Assembly (NCBI GenBank): GCA_963714085.1
Contig: OY970229.1
Location: forward strand, 312,392-376,391
Source: an uncultured Candidatus Micrarchaeota archaeon
GTDB taxonomy: Archaea; Micrarchaeota; Micrarchaeia; Anstonellales; Bilamarchaeaceae
Direction: 5' to 3'
Length of the DNA stretch: 64,000 bases
The notes under the pieces were generated by a model, which saw nothing but the letters and a program-made list of their open reading frames with translations, searched no databases and was not told where the DNA came from. A program made the translations under genes and the position numbers. This document shows positions 21,801-31,000 of this stretch, piece after piece; within the stretch, counting starts at the first letter, position 1, and each line of letters starts with the position of its first letter.

Positions 21801-24751
21801 TGGTCCAGGTTCACGCCGCTGTTGAAATAGGTCTGCGTGCCGTCGAACTGGTATGCGCCGCCGAATTTTCCGTCGGGCGTCCATGCCGGGCAGGACGAGC
21901 CGCTGCACGTGGCGTTGTTGCCGTACGTGCTCAGGTCCGTGACATGGTGGCCGTCCTCCCCCAAATAAGAGAGATTGTCGAACTCGTAGGCCAGCACGAG
22001 GCTGCTGTCGTATATTCCGTTGCCTGGCAACGTGCGGTTCGTGCCGTTCCAGTTGAAGACGAACGTGCTGAGGAGATTGGACGTCTCGTTCACGCTGATG
22101 TTGATGGGCATTGTGTAATTGGTTGTGCTGGCGCCTTCATCCGGGGTCGGCGCTGAGAATGCGATGGCCGGGGGGATGATGCGGAATGTCACATCCCTCG
22201 ACGTGCAGTTCTCGGACCCGAACATGTCCGCTATGCAGGCGGAATACGTGAAATTATGGTCGCCGGAGGGGAACAGGCCGAAGGACTGGGTCGTTGAGAA
22301 CTGCCAGTTGGTGGAGTTGTAGAGCTGCGCTATCTCGGATGCCGGCAGGGCGCGGTCGTAGACGCGCAGGTCGTCCATCGTGCCGTTGAAATAGGAGTCT
22401 CCGCCACCGGAGGTCCCGATCACGTAGTCCCCGCCTCCGCCATAGCTTACCGAGAAGCCCGGGTTTTCTTCCGGGATGCCATCTATGTAGAATATCGCGC
22501 TGGTACCGTTGTAGGTCACCGCGACATGCTGCCATGCTCCGTCGGTGACCGTGTCTGTTGAGATGGTCGTGAAATGGCCGCGCCATTCGAGATAAAGGTG
22601 ATTGTCATTCGTTATGCCGAAGCCGAAGCCGCCGTCGTTTCTGGAATGGAGGATATACATCCACTGGGGGGAGTCCGACTCCTTGTCTATCCATGCGGAA
22701 ACCGTCAGCTGGCTGTAGTCGAGGTTTCCTGTATCGAAGTAGTCCTGCACGCCGTCGAAATGGTATGCGCCGCCGTACTTGCCGTTCAGGGTCCACATGG
22801 GGCAGTCCGGGTCGGTGCACGTGGCGTTGTCGCCGTACGTGCTCAGGTCCGTGACGTGGTGGCCGTCCTCTCCCAGGTAAGGGAGGTTGTCGAACTCGTA
22901 GGCCAGCACGAGGCTGCTGTCGTATACGCCGTTGCCGGGCAGCGTGCGGTTGGTGCCGTTCCAGCCAAGGGTGAACACGCCGAGCGGGTTGGAGGTCGAG
23001 TTCATGCTTATGTTTATCAGGATGGATGAAGCGCTCGTTGTGCTGCCATTATCCGGGGTCGGCGGGCTGAAGGCGATGGCCGGCGGGGCGGGCTGGTACG
23101 TCACATCCCTTGACGTGCAGTTCTCGAAAGCGAGTGTATCCTGCGCGCAGCCGGAATACGTGAAGTTATAGTCGCCGGGCTGGAACGGACCGAAGGGCTG
23201 GTTGATGGAGAACTGCCATTGGCCGGGAGCGTATTTGTTGAGGTTGGACTCGTAGAGCTGTTGGATCTCCGATGCCGAGAGCGTGCGGTTGTAGAAGCGC
23301 ATCTCGTCCATGCTGCCATTTAAAAAGCCCCCTATGTAGCTTCCTATGTAATAAATGCCATTGTGATTTATCGGGTTCGAGAAAGGGCTGGTTCCGGCCG
23401 GAGCGCCGTCTATATAGTAGTCCACGCTGGAGCCGTCGTAGGTCACGGCGACTTGATGCCAATCCGTGTCCATGATCCTGCCTGTCGAGGGGGCGGCGTC
23501 GGCGATATACGCCTGCCCGAACCTCAGGGTATTGTCCGACCCGAGGTACAGGACCCAGCCCTGGCCGTTGTCAGTGGCGAGGCCCTGCAACCAGCCGATG
23601 TGGGTGCTGTCCAGCTTTATCCAGGTGGAGAATGTGAGCGGGACGGTGCTCAGATCGTTCGTAGTGAACTGCTCGTCCACTCCGTCGAAATGGTATGCGC
23701 CCCCGTACCTGCCGTCCAGCGTCCATGTCGGGCAGTACGGGTCTGTGCACGTGGCGGTGTTGTTGCCGTACATGCTCAGGTCCGTGACCTGGCTCCCGTT
23801 CTCCCCCAGCGAGGAGACGTTGTCGAAGTTGTACATCAGCAGAAGGCTGGGGTCGTAGGGCGTGTAGTTCGCGCCGTAGCTGATGGGATTGGAAAGGTAG
23901 AGCTGCTGGATTTCCGATGCTGAAAGTGAACGGTTGAGTGCCATGACCTCGTCCACCGAACCGTTGAAGAAAAAGAACGGGGGGCCATAATCATGGAACA
24001 GGCAGCCGATGCTGAAGCCATCGAGCGTCGAATCCGGAGATGCGGACGACGTTCCGGGAGTCACCACACCGTCAACATACAGGTATGTCGTTCCGTCCCT
24101 CCTTGTCATCGTTACATAGTACCACTGGTTTGCAGAAGGGAAGGCATAACCGCTATCTATAATTACGACACCGCCGAAAAGCCCTTCGAGATGGTCTCCT
24201 ATGACTCCAAAGCCGTAGCCGCCGTAATCACGCCCGTTGTAGACGGCTATGGTCGTCGCCTGCGGCAGGACCGCCGGATTTATCCATGCGGCCAGCGTCC
24301 AATTGTCCGTGGCGTTCGTGGCTGCGTTCGGGAAGCCGATGTAGCCATCGACTCCGTCGAATGTGTAAGCGCCCCCGTATTTTCCTGAGGGTGTGAACGA
24401 CGCTCCCCCGTAGACCGTTCCGACCCTTCCGAAGGAGCTCACATCGGCGACGCTCGTGGAAGTCTCTCCGAGCGCGGAGACGTTGTCCAGGTGGCACATG
24501 AGCACGAGGCTGCTGTCACTGGACGTGTAGTCCGTGCCGTTCCAGTCGTAGGTGAACGAACCCAGCGGGTGGGCGGTCTCGTTTACGCTTATGTTGACCA
24601 GCATGGTCCGGTTGGATACGGTCGCGGCTTCGTCCTGGGTCGGCGGGCTGAATGCGATGGCCGGTTGGGCGTGGCTGAGTGGCACGCAGGCCAGGCTGAA
24701 AAGCAGGGCCAGTAATAATGCTACGAATGTCACATTTCCCCTACGATGCAT
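18371..24751 (-). CDS. Giant surface protein B, N-terminal reading frame (2,126 aa as listed). It is terminated prematurely by a frameshift and is a paralog of gene A.
   Basis: ORF track 18371..24751, with ATG at 24749-24751. It carries a signal peptide, 5 LamG cassettes, 2 short beta-helix modules and the start of a NIDO-like region, collinear with gene A. The last 13 residues (RVRITWSPACGRT*) have no counterpart in gene A and are frameshift read-through. Confidence 0.9.
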   Translation of the reverse strand: MHRRGNVTFVALLLALLFSLACVPLSHAQPAIAFSPPTQDEAATVSNRTMLVNISVNETAHPLGSFTYDWNGTDYTSSDSSLVLMCHLDNVSALGETSTSVADVSSFGRVGTVYGGASFTPSGKYGGAYTFDGVDGYIGFPNAATNATDNWTLAAWINPAVLPQATTIAVYNGRDYGGYGFGVIGDHLEGLFGGVVIIDSGYAFPSANQWYYVTMTRRDGTTYLYVDGVVTPGTSSASPDSTLDGFSIGCLFHDYGPPFFFFNGSVDEVMALNRSLSASEIQQLYLSNPISYGANYTPYDPSLLLMYNFDNVSSLGENGSQVTDLSMYGNNTATCTDPYCPTWTLDGRYGGAYHFDGVDEQFTTNDLSTVPLTFSTWIKLDSTHIGWLQGLATDNGQGWVLYLGSDNTLRFGQAYIADAAPSTGRIMDTDWHQVAVTYDGSSVDYYIDGAPAGTSPFSNPINHNGIYYIGSYIGGFLNGSMDEMRFYNRTLSASEIQQLYESNLNKYAPGQWQFSINQPFGPFQPGDYNFTYSGCAQDTLAFENCTSRDVTYQPAPPAIAFSPPTPDNGSTTSASSILINISMNSTSNPLGVFTLGWNGTNRTLPGNGVYDSSLVLAYEFDNLPYLGEDGHHVTDLSTYGDNATCTDPDCPMWTLNGKYGGAYHFDGVQDYFDTGNLDYSQLTVSAWIDKESDSPQWMYILHSRNDGGFGFGITNDNHLYLEWRGHFTTISTDTVTDGAWQHVAVTYNGTSAIFYIDGIPEENPGFSVSYGGGGDYVIGTSGGGDSYFNGTMDDLRVYDRALPASEIAQLYNSTNWQFSTTQSFGLFPSGDHNFTYSACIADMFGSENCTSRDVTFRIIPPAIAFSAPTPDEGASTTNYTMPINISVNETSNLLSTFVFNWNGTNRTLPGNGIYDSSLVLAYEFDNLSYLGEDGHHVTDLSTYGNNATCSGSSCPAWTPDGKFGGAYQFDGTQTYFNSGVNLDHNVPLTFTAWIKRDRVGSNDGIFASMNCGGWGVRIDSDNTLRLTHTCNSDRASSSTITDTAWHFVSVTYDGSNVNFYIDGVPAGSQGYSDTFNSGAGHYGVGEQNMDGGFYFQGLIDDLRVYDRVLPPSEIAQLYDSTNWQFFTNQPFGSLPAGEYNFTYSACVQDAFGSENCTETRNITHDVIAPEIAFAPPTPDEAAATNDSSIPINVTVNETSNPLTRLVLDWNGTNLTYEPTNDLVLLYHFDNLSALGEDSSHIADSSVYGNRITCSGTSCPKWTSAGRFNGAYHFDGTDYLTVPDSPSLDPTNGLTLSVWVNVSDNFPYYEDLITKLANPITPYWGSPYATYALRTNGVHAEFWTANPGYALDSNTVLSSGQWYMLTATYDGSQEKLYINGVLDNWRAQSGAIPSSPYPLMLGSHGTSPSSEFFNGTMDEVRIYNRSLSASEIQQLYLGNPLSYNPGSTQFLLNQPFGFIPLSGYYNFTYSACVQDSGANENCTETRNVTYHNINCPVISAPGLYTMDRDYSGAPNSVSPLAGNACVKITASNVVFDCAGHAITNHGIAGTTYGIMVSSSASNVTVQNCPGISAYTYGAVAYQSNGDLFANDTVYGCSYGFSPQSSNGDLFTNDTVSGSGYGFYLQSSNNDNLTNNTAHDNSQYGVYIQKSNNTQISYDRYFNNSVASFYITTDGTNRTVNLTGVVFDNPTGSMAGYTNLSINDQLKSETYTIKWANSPPTLPQNRVSFAQKFVNISKVSGTVSIDSIRWSWTDPESSGHNESSFQLWKYNGTWSNTGAALDTGADTLALTNLNPASTYGILETIQTCQVVDSPGTFTMANSYLGAPNDASEMPDGGMACVKIAASNVVFDCNGDTITGNGTTGISYGIAIVPSLTNVTVQNCPLISNYTYGLYAYQSDNDTFASVTAHNNSIGFALNSTQDSNFTSCNASGNSLWAFSSSDDSTGIVVQNLSLGNNTLSFEPKDVNIQDSGRPRTNSGSPNIEIDILSTQGDGTKVTGLSGGAGSPSSITSFGPTIVDYNGSVAYYAGTNGSVLSSNTATDLTPVSGMTVLGSMYGDEGVSDDITLPFNVTLFGRQNDHIRISTNGFIYMNNETVVSDDSSCCDEDYMSSQGITRVRITWSPACGRT
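18845..19336 (-). other. Gene B: short beta-helix module b (counterpart of gene A module 3)
   Basis: CQVVDSPGTFTMANSYLGAPNDASEMPDGGMACVKIAASNVVFDCNGDTITGNG ... IGFALNSTQDSNFTSCNASGNSLWAFSS ... EPKDVNIQDS. Confidence 0.6.
19337..20272 (-). other. Gene B: short beta-helix module a plus cap (counterpart of gene A module 2)
   Basis: CPVISAPGLYTMDRDYSGAPNSVSPLAGNACVKITASNVVFDCAGHAITNHG ... GYGFYLQSSNNDNLTNNTAHDNSQYGVYIQKSNNTQISYD ... FAQKFVNIS..SIDSIRWSW ... STYGILE. Confidence 0.7.
20440..24530 (-). other. Gene B: 5 LamG cassettes with small flanking domains
   Basis: Five copies of ..L(V/L)L..(H/F/Y)(L/F)DN ... (K/R)(Y/F)(G/N)GAY.FDG ... W(H/Q/Y).V(A/S/T)(V/M)T ... (Y/F)(I/V)(D/N)G ... (F/L)(N/Q)G(S/T/L)(V/M/I)D(E/D)(V/M/L)(M/R).(L/Y)(N/D)R.L..SEI.QLY. 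Most are preceded by (I/A)AF(S/A)(P/A)PTPD...N(I/V)(S/T)VNET..(P/L)L..F...WNGT and followed by WQF(S/F)..Q.FG....G..NFTYS.C......ENCT.R. Confidence 0.8.
24668..24751 (-). other. Gene B: Sec-type signal peptide
   Basis: MHRRGNVTFVALLLALLFSLACVPLSHA / QPAIAF. It has a basic n-region, a 15-residue hydrophobic core and a small-x-small (S-H-A) site. Confidence 0.75.
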
Positions 24752-24772
24752 GCAGGTGTTACTTATACAGCA

Positions 24773-24780
24773 TTTAAAAA
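24773..24780 (-). promoter_or_regulatory. TATA-like box (minus strand TTTTTAAA) for gene B; leaderless or near-leaderless start
   Basis: The minus strand reads GCAAGAATC-TTTTTAAA-TGCTGTATAAGTAACACCTGC-ATG. The box is 22-29 nt upstream of the ATG and is preceded by purine-rich AAGAA. No GGAGG-like Shine-Dalgarno lies between the box and the ATG. Confidence 0.4.
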
Positions 24781-24867
24781 GATTCTTGCTCGCTGAGCAT
24801 GGTTTTCTTGATCAACGGGCATACGTAAACCGCATGCTGCAAGAGCGTTGAGAGGCTATGGAAAAGG

Positions 24868-24876
24868 ATTATAATA
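24868..24876 (+). promoter_or_regulatory. TATA-like box (ATTATAATA) with purine-rich upstream flank (GAAAAGG) for the tRNA
   Basis: Lies 26-34 nt upstream of the mature tRNA 5' end, which is archaeal TATA/BRE spacing. It can also be read as a bacterial -10 (see rejected list). Confidence 0.4.
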
Positions 24877-24901
24877 GGAGCATTACAAGAATCAACACTC
24901 C

Positions 24902-24975
24902 GCCCTCGTAGTCTAACCTGGACAGAACGTCAGCTTGCGGAGCTGATTATCCGTGTTCAAATCACGGCGAGGGCG
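24902..24975 (+). tRNA. tRNA-Arg (anticodon GCG)
   Basis: Manual cloverleaf. The acceptor GCCCTCG (24902-24908) / CGAGGGC (24968-24974) is 7 bp and perfect. The anticodon stem is TCAGC/GCTGA with loop TTGCGGA, placing anticodon GCG at 24937-24939. The T arm is CCGTG-TTCAAAT-CACGG (24951-24967). The discriminator is G at 24975, and no CCA is encoded. Weak point: the D stem GTCT/GAAC has one C-A mismatch and one G-U pair. Confidence 0.85.
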
Positions 24976-24990
24976 ATTTCAATCACCGGC

Positions 24991-24997
24991 TTATTTT
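24991..24997 (+). terminator. T-rich tract (TTATTTT) downstream of the tRNA; a possible archaeal oligo-T terminator
   Basis: Lies 16-22 nt after the tRNA discriminator base. It is the only T-run in the 37 nt between the tRNA 3' end and the gene A stop codon. Confidence 0.35.
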
Positions 24998-25012
24998 GAA
25001 GGAAAGCCCGGC

Positions 25013-28000
25013 TCAGGCCGGCGGCGGATTCTGCGGCGGGGTTGCCGGAGGCGACTGCCTCGTGTGCCAGGGTTTGCGCGGCGGCCTGCCGGCGGTGAGG
25101 AACTCGTATGCCAGGAAAGCCAGGACCATGGCCGCGGATATCAGCACCGGCATCCACCAGTAGCTCTCCAGTCCCGGGGACGGAGGCTGGACCGCGCCCT
25201 GCGCCGATGAGTTCGACGGGGGCTGGACCGCCATGTTGAGGCTTAGCGTCGTGGAGACGCCTCCGTGGGCCACGTTCACCGTGTAATAGCCGTGCAGCTG
25301 GAACGGGAGCATGGATTCGCCGTTCGCGTCCGTGGTGACCTGGGAGCTCGTCGCGTTGGGCCCGTATATCTGGAGTATGGCGTTCGCCAGCGGAAGCCCG
25401 CCCACCGTGAGCAGGATCACTCCCTCTCCGCTCGGGCCCTCGTTGGAGCCGGTGATGTTCGGGACGTCGCACGAGTTGGCCACGCAGAACTGGCCCTGGC
25501 GGCAGTCGGTGTCCGCGCAGCATTCGTATTGGTGCCAGGCATGGTTCTCGACGTAACCGCAGGAGCTCGTCACGGACTGGCAGACCCCCAGGGTCGTGTT
25601 GCAGAAGGCCGTGGACGGGCATTGCGCGTCCGCTGTGCAGTTGACCTGGGGCGAGACCGGCGGGACCACAGGCGGGGTGACGTTCGCCGGGGCCCCCGCG
25701 GCGCATGTCGTGTACGTGAAGTTGTTGATTCCGGACCTGTAGCCCTGCTTGGAGCCGTCGATCTCGTAGCTCCCGTTCGCGGCCAGGTGGAACACCGCGG
25801 TGGCGTCGCTTCCGGTCGTGGCCGAGTAAAGCGTCCCCTCGTACGGTTTCGTGAGCAGGAGCTTCACGCTCACGCCCGATGTGGACGAGGTCACGGTCAC
25901 CTCGTCGGACGGGCATGGCGCTATCACGTAGGAGAGCAGCAGCGACGGCTCGGTGTACGGCCCTGACGCGTATCCTCCGCCACCGCCTCCTCCGCCTCCC
26001 CCTCCGGATGGCGGGGGCGGGGGCGGCGCTGGAGCGGATATCGTGAAGACGTAGCCCGCCGACGAGTTCGTATTGCCGTAGATGTCGGTGCAGGTCACTA
26101 TCCAGGTGTGGCGTCCCAGCGCGACGAGCGGGCTCGTCTGGTCGGAGGAGCCGCTCACGAAGGCGTCGTCGGTGTAGTTGGGCGACCCGTCCAGGTAAAG
26201 CGAGCAGTTCATCGTGGGGGACGCGGCATCCGTCGCAGTGAAGTTGAGGTCCACGACCATGGGTGCGCTCGATGTCAGGCCGGCTCCGTTCGCAGGGCTG
26301 TTGAGCGCTATGTTCGGCAGGACCGAGCTGGAGTTGAAGCTCCTGGTCTCGCTCGTGTTCGCGTTGCCCGCGTTGTCCGTGCACGTCACGTACCAGGTGT
26401 GGTTCCCGTCGCTTATGCCGCTGACGCTGAAGACGGCCAGGGTGTTGTTCGCCGCGGGCTCGGTCTGCTTCGGGACGCCGTCGATGAAGAGCGAGCAGCT
26501 CATCGCCGAGGCGAGGTTGTCCGTCGCGGTGAAGTTGAATGCGACCGCCGCTGTGGTGAGCGACTGGTTGTACGGGGATAGGAGGCTCACGGCCGGGGCG
26601 GTCGTGTCCACGGTGAAGCTCCTGGGGATGCTCGTGCCGTTGTTGCCGGCCCCGTCGATGCAGGTGACGTTCCAGGTGTAGGCCCCCTCGCCCGTGACGT
26701 TGTAGCCCAGGGCCGTCAGGGTGTCGTTGGATGCGGTCGTGGAGTTGACTACCGCGCCGTTGATGGTGAGGTTGCATGAGGCGTTCGGGAAGAACGGGTC
26801 CGTCTCGTTGAATATGAAGTTCAATTGCGTCGACGAGCTGTTGAAGCCGTCGGCCGGGGAGACGAGGATTACGGTCGGCCCTGTGGTGGCGACCGTGAAG
26901 CCCCAAGTCGCGCTGGTGTTCGTATTGTTGGCGAAATCCTTGCAGGAGACGCTCCATGTGTGCGGGCCGCCGACCAGGTTCGCGTCGCCCATGTCAGCCG
27001 GTACATTGTTCGTAGCGGTGGTCGAGTTCACCGCGTGGCCGTCCACGGTGAGGTTGCATGATGCGGTCGGGTATACCGGGTCCGTCTCGTTGAAGCTGAA
27101 GTCTATCGAGGTCGCCGGGGTGGCGCTGTTGTTGTACGGGGAGTTGAGGCTCACGGTCGGGGCCGTGGTGACGACCGTGAAGTTCTCCGTTCCGCTCACA
27201 TTGCTGTTGTTGGCGTTGTCCGTGCAGTTGACGTACCAGGTGTGGTTCCCGTCGGCTATGCCGCTGACGTTGAAGACGGTGGCGGTGTTGTTGCTCACCG
27301 AGGAGTTGGTCCGGTTCGGGGCGTCGTCGAGGACGAGCAAGCAGCTCATCTTCTGGGCCAGGTTGTCCTGAGCCGTGAAGTTGAAGTAGACCGACGATGA
27401 ATTGAGCGTCGACAGGTTGTATGGGGAGTTGAGGCTTATGCTCGGCGGGGTGGTGTCCACCGTGAAGTTCCTCGGGAGGCTTGAGCTCGTGTTGCCGCCG
27501 TCATCCGTGCAGGAGACGTTCCAGGTGTAGGCCCCGTCGGCCGGGACGGTGTAGCCCATGGTCGTCACGGTGCTGTTGTTGGCGGTGGTGGAGTTCACCG
27601 ATGCGCCGTTGACCATGAGGCTGCACGACGCGTTCGTATAGAACAGATCCGTCATGTTGAAGGTGAAGTTCAGCGCGGTAGCCGAGGTGTTGAGGCCGCT
27701 GATTGGCGAGAGGGAGACCACGATCGGACCTCCTATGACGACCGTCAAGCTCCAGGTCGCGCTGGTGTTCGTATTGTTCGCGAAGTCGGTGCAGGACACG
27801 CTCCATGTGTGCGGGCCGGCGCTGATGCCCGAGTCTCCCAAGGTCGCCGGGGTGTTGTTCGTCGCGGTCGTGGAGTTGACCGAATGGCCGTCCACGGTGA
27901 GGTTGCATGATGCGGTCGGGTATACCGGGTCCGTCTCGTTGAAGCTGAAGCTCAGCGACGCCGCCGCGGTGACGCTGTTGTTGTACGGGGAGTTGAGGAC

Positions 28001-31000
28001 GACGCTCGGGGCGGTGGTGATTACCGTGAAGTTCCTTATCGCGCTCACATTGCTGTTGTTGGCGTTGTCCGTGCACTGGACATACCAAGTGTAGTTCCCG
28101 TCGGCTATGTTGCTTATCGGGAAGGCGGTCAGGGTGTTGTTGGCGGTCTGGAAATTGGTCTGGGTGAGGGAGCCGTCGATGAAAAGGGAACATGGCATCT
28201 TCTTGGCCAGGTTGTCAGTCGCGGTGAAGCTGAAGGAGACTGATGACGAGTTTAGCGTCGACAGATTGGCGGGCGAGCCGAGGCTGATGCTCGGGGGTGT
28301 CGTGTCATCCGTGAAGTTCCAGGTCTGGCTGTTGGTCGAGAAGAGGCTGTTCTGGCAGGCGACGTGCCAGGTGTCGAATCCCTGGCTCACTGCGGAGCCC
28401 ATGGTCGTTTGGACGCCCGTCGTCGCGTAGGTGGCATTGACCTGAGAGATGCCCAAATAGAGCCGACAGTACACCGTTGGGACGAAGTCGGTCGCGGTGA
28501 AAGTGAAGTTCAACGCCGTCGCCGAGGTGTTGGTGCCGTTGAACGGGGAGTTGAGGGTAACACCCGGGCCGGTGATGAAGATATTGAAGTTCCAGGTCGG
28601 GCTGGCGCCGCTGTTCTTGGCGGCATCGGTGCAGAGGATGCTCCAGTTGTACGCCCCGTAAGTCGGCAAGGTGTAGCTTATGCTCGCCGGGGTGTTGTTC
28701 GCGGCTGTCACGTTATTGCCATAATGCGGGTAGCCGTTGATGTAAAGGAAGCATGACGCGTTCGTGAAGACCGGGTCGGTCTCGTTGAAGCTGAAGGTAA
28801 TCGGATATCCCGAGGTGTTGTATCCGTTTATCGGCGAGTTGAGGACCACGGTCGGGTGCGTCGTCACGACCCTGAAATTCCAGGCCGCGCTCACGTTGCT
28901 GTTGTTGGCCGGGTCGGTGCAGTTGACGTACCAGGAGTGGGTCCCGTCGCCTATGCCGCTCAGCGAGAAGAAGGTCGGCGTGTTGTTGTCCGTGAAGGGG
29001 GCGACCTGGCCCGTCGGCAGGTTGTCCAGGAAGAGGGCGCAGCTCATCGTCGGGGACAGGCTGTCCAGCGCGGTGAAGTTGAATGAGACCGTGGATATGT
29101 TGAACAGCGTGTTGTTGGCCGGCGTCCCGGGGATCACGGTCGGGGCGGCCGTCTCCACCGTGAAGGTCCTCGGTGCGCTCGAGCCGGTGTTGCCTGCGCC
29201 GTTCGTGCAGGAGACGTTCCAGGTGTAGGCCCCCTGGGCCGGGACGGCGTACCCCAGGGTCGTCACGGTGCTGTTGTTGGCGGTGGTGGAGTTCACAGAT
29301 GCGCCGTTGATGGTGAGGTTGCACGAGGCGTTCGTGTAGAAGTGGTCCGTCTCGTTGAACGTGAAATTCAATTGCGTCGACGAGGTGACGAAGCCGTCGG
29401 ACGGGGAGATGGAGGCTACGGTCGGAGCCGCTGAGATGAGGGTGAAGTTCCAGGTCGCGCTCGTGTTGGCGTTGTTGGCCGCATCCCTGCATGAGACGCT
29501 CCAGTTGTGGGCCCCGTCGGCCAGGCCGGAGTAGCCAAGGGTCGTCGGGGTGTTGTTGTTGGCCGTGGTGGAGTTGACCGGTGCGCCGTCCACTATCAGG
29601 CTGCACGGCGCCGCCGGGTAGACCGGGTCGGTCTCGGTGAAGGTGAAATTCATCGCCGTCGCCGTGCTGACGTTGCCGTTGGCCGGCGAGTTGAGCAGGA
29701 CCGTGGGGGCGGTTGTGACTATTGTGAAGCTCCTGGCCGCGCTCGCGTTGCTGTTGTTGGCCGGGTCGGTGCAGTTGACGTACCAGGAGTGGGCCCCGTC
29801 GGCTATGCCGCTGACCAGGAGGACGGTCGGGGTGTTGTTTATCGAGGAGCTGGTCCGGTTCAGGTGGCTGTCCAGGAAGAGCGAGCAGTTCGTCGCCGGG
29901 GCCAGGTTGTCCGTCGCGGTGAAGTTGAAGGAGACCGCGGACGAGTTGATCGTGGCCAAATCATATGGGGAATTGAGGCCCACGGACGGGGCGGTCGTGT
30001 CCACCGTGAGGCTCCTGGTGAGGCTCGTGTTTGTATTGTTGAGGGCATCCGTGCAGGTGACGTTCCAGCTGTAGGCGCCCTGGGCCGGGACGGCGTACCC
30101 CAGGGTCGTCACGGTGCTGTTGTTGGCGGTGGTGGAGTTCACCGATGCGCCGTTGATCGTGAGGTTGCACGAGGCGTTCGTGAAGAAGCGCTCCGTCTCG
30201 TTGAACGTGAAGTTCAATTGCGTCGCCGAGGTGTTGAGGCCGCTGATCGGTGAGACGAGGAGCACGGCCGGGGGAATGGTGACGAGGGTGAAGTTCCATG
30301 TCGCGCTAGTATTGGCGTTGTTCGCGGCATCGGTGCAGGTGACGCTCCAGTTGTGGGCCCCGTCGGAGAGGCCCGAGTCGCTGATCGTCGCCGGGACGTT
30401 GTTCGTAGCGGTGGTCGAGTTGACGGAGTGGCCGTCGATGCTGAGGTTGCATGACGCGTTTGCGTATACCGGGTCGGTCTCGTTGAAGCTGAAGTTGAGC
30501 GTCTTCGCGGAGATGACGCTGCCGTTTGGCGGGGAGTTGAGGACCACTGTGGGGGCCGTGGATACGACGCTGAAGTTCCAGGTCGCGCTCAAGGCGGTGT
30601 TGTTGGCGTTGTCCGTGCAGTTGACGTACCAGGTGTGGGGCCCGTCTGCCATGCCGCTCACGTTGAAGATGGTGGCGGTGTTGTTGCTCACCGAGGAGTT
30701 GGTCCGGTTCAGGTGGCTGTCCAGGAAGAACGAGCAGCTCATCTTCTGGGCCAGGTTGTCGGTCGCGGTGAAGTTGAAGGCGACCGATGCTGAATTGACC
30801 GTAGACATGTTGTACGGGGAATTGAGGCTCACCACCGGCGGGGTCGTGTCCACGGTGAAGCTCCTGGTCACGCTCGTATTGGCATTGCCGGTGCCATCGC
30901 TGCAGCTGACGTTCCAGTAGTGGATGCCGTCTAGCAGGTTGGAGTAGCTCACGTTCGTCACGGTGTCGTTCTGCGCCACCGTGGAGAGGCGGAAGGAGCC

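Noticed and set aside
21032-22156. Long plus-strand ORFs, for example 21032..22156 (374 aa), 15060..16124 (354 aa), 10722..11705 (327 aa), 62957..63937 (326 aa) and 2217..3158 (313 aa), plus the many shorter plus-strand ORFs.
   Set aside because: They are antisense shadows of the two giant genes. Their low-complexity R/G/V/A/E-rich translations repeat with the same periodicity as the sense domains. The sense codon set (AAC, ACC, GAC, GGC, TCC...) has stop-free reverse complements. No promoter, start context or domain-like sequence supports them.
24848-24875. Bacterial sigma70-like promoter upstream of the tRNA: TTGAGA (24848-24853), a 16-nt spacer, then TATAAT (24870-24875).
   Set aside because: It is a good match and cannot be excluded from sequence alone. 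The GCG anticodon of the tRNA, the TATA-like box at archaeal spacing before gene B, the absence of a Shine-Dalgarno sequence and the sequon-rich proteins all favour reading the same AT-rich box as an archaeal TATA element.
24902-24975. The tRNA as an integration site, marking the giant genes as a mobile island.
   Set aside because: There is no integrase, transposase or other mobility ORF anywhere in the window, and I did not spot a direct repeat of the tRNA 3' half. This cannot be assessed further without flanking sequence.
25008-25021. Small hairpin CCGGC-TCAG-GCCGG overlapping the gene A stop codon, considered as a terminator.
   Set aside because: It has only a 5-bp stem and no following T-tract on the minus strand, so it may be chance in GC-rich DNA.
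25016-25162. A PGF-CTERM / LPXTG / PEP-CTERM type sorting signal at the C-terminus of gene A.
   Set aside because: The sequence before and within the hydrophobic helix (PSPGLESYWWMPVLISAAMVLAFLAYEFLTAGRPPRK) carries none of these motifs. I call it only a generic TM anchor.
25973-26005. The Gly11-coding tract as a slippage-prone, phase-variable simple repeat.
   Set aside because: The 11 Gly codons are a mix of GGA/GGG/GGC/GGT, so there is no long mononucleotide or perfect trinucleotide run.
24957-26957. Minus-strand off-frame ORFs with H/R/Q/P/G-rich translations, for example 24957..26957 (666 aa), 1615..2760 (381 aa) and 3778..4851 (357 aa).
   Set aside because: They are +1/+2 shadow frames of the real coding frame, with an implausible composition. 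The 24957..26957 ORF even runs through the tRNA gene. The true frames give structured, domain-like protein.
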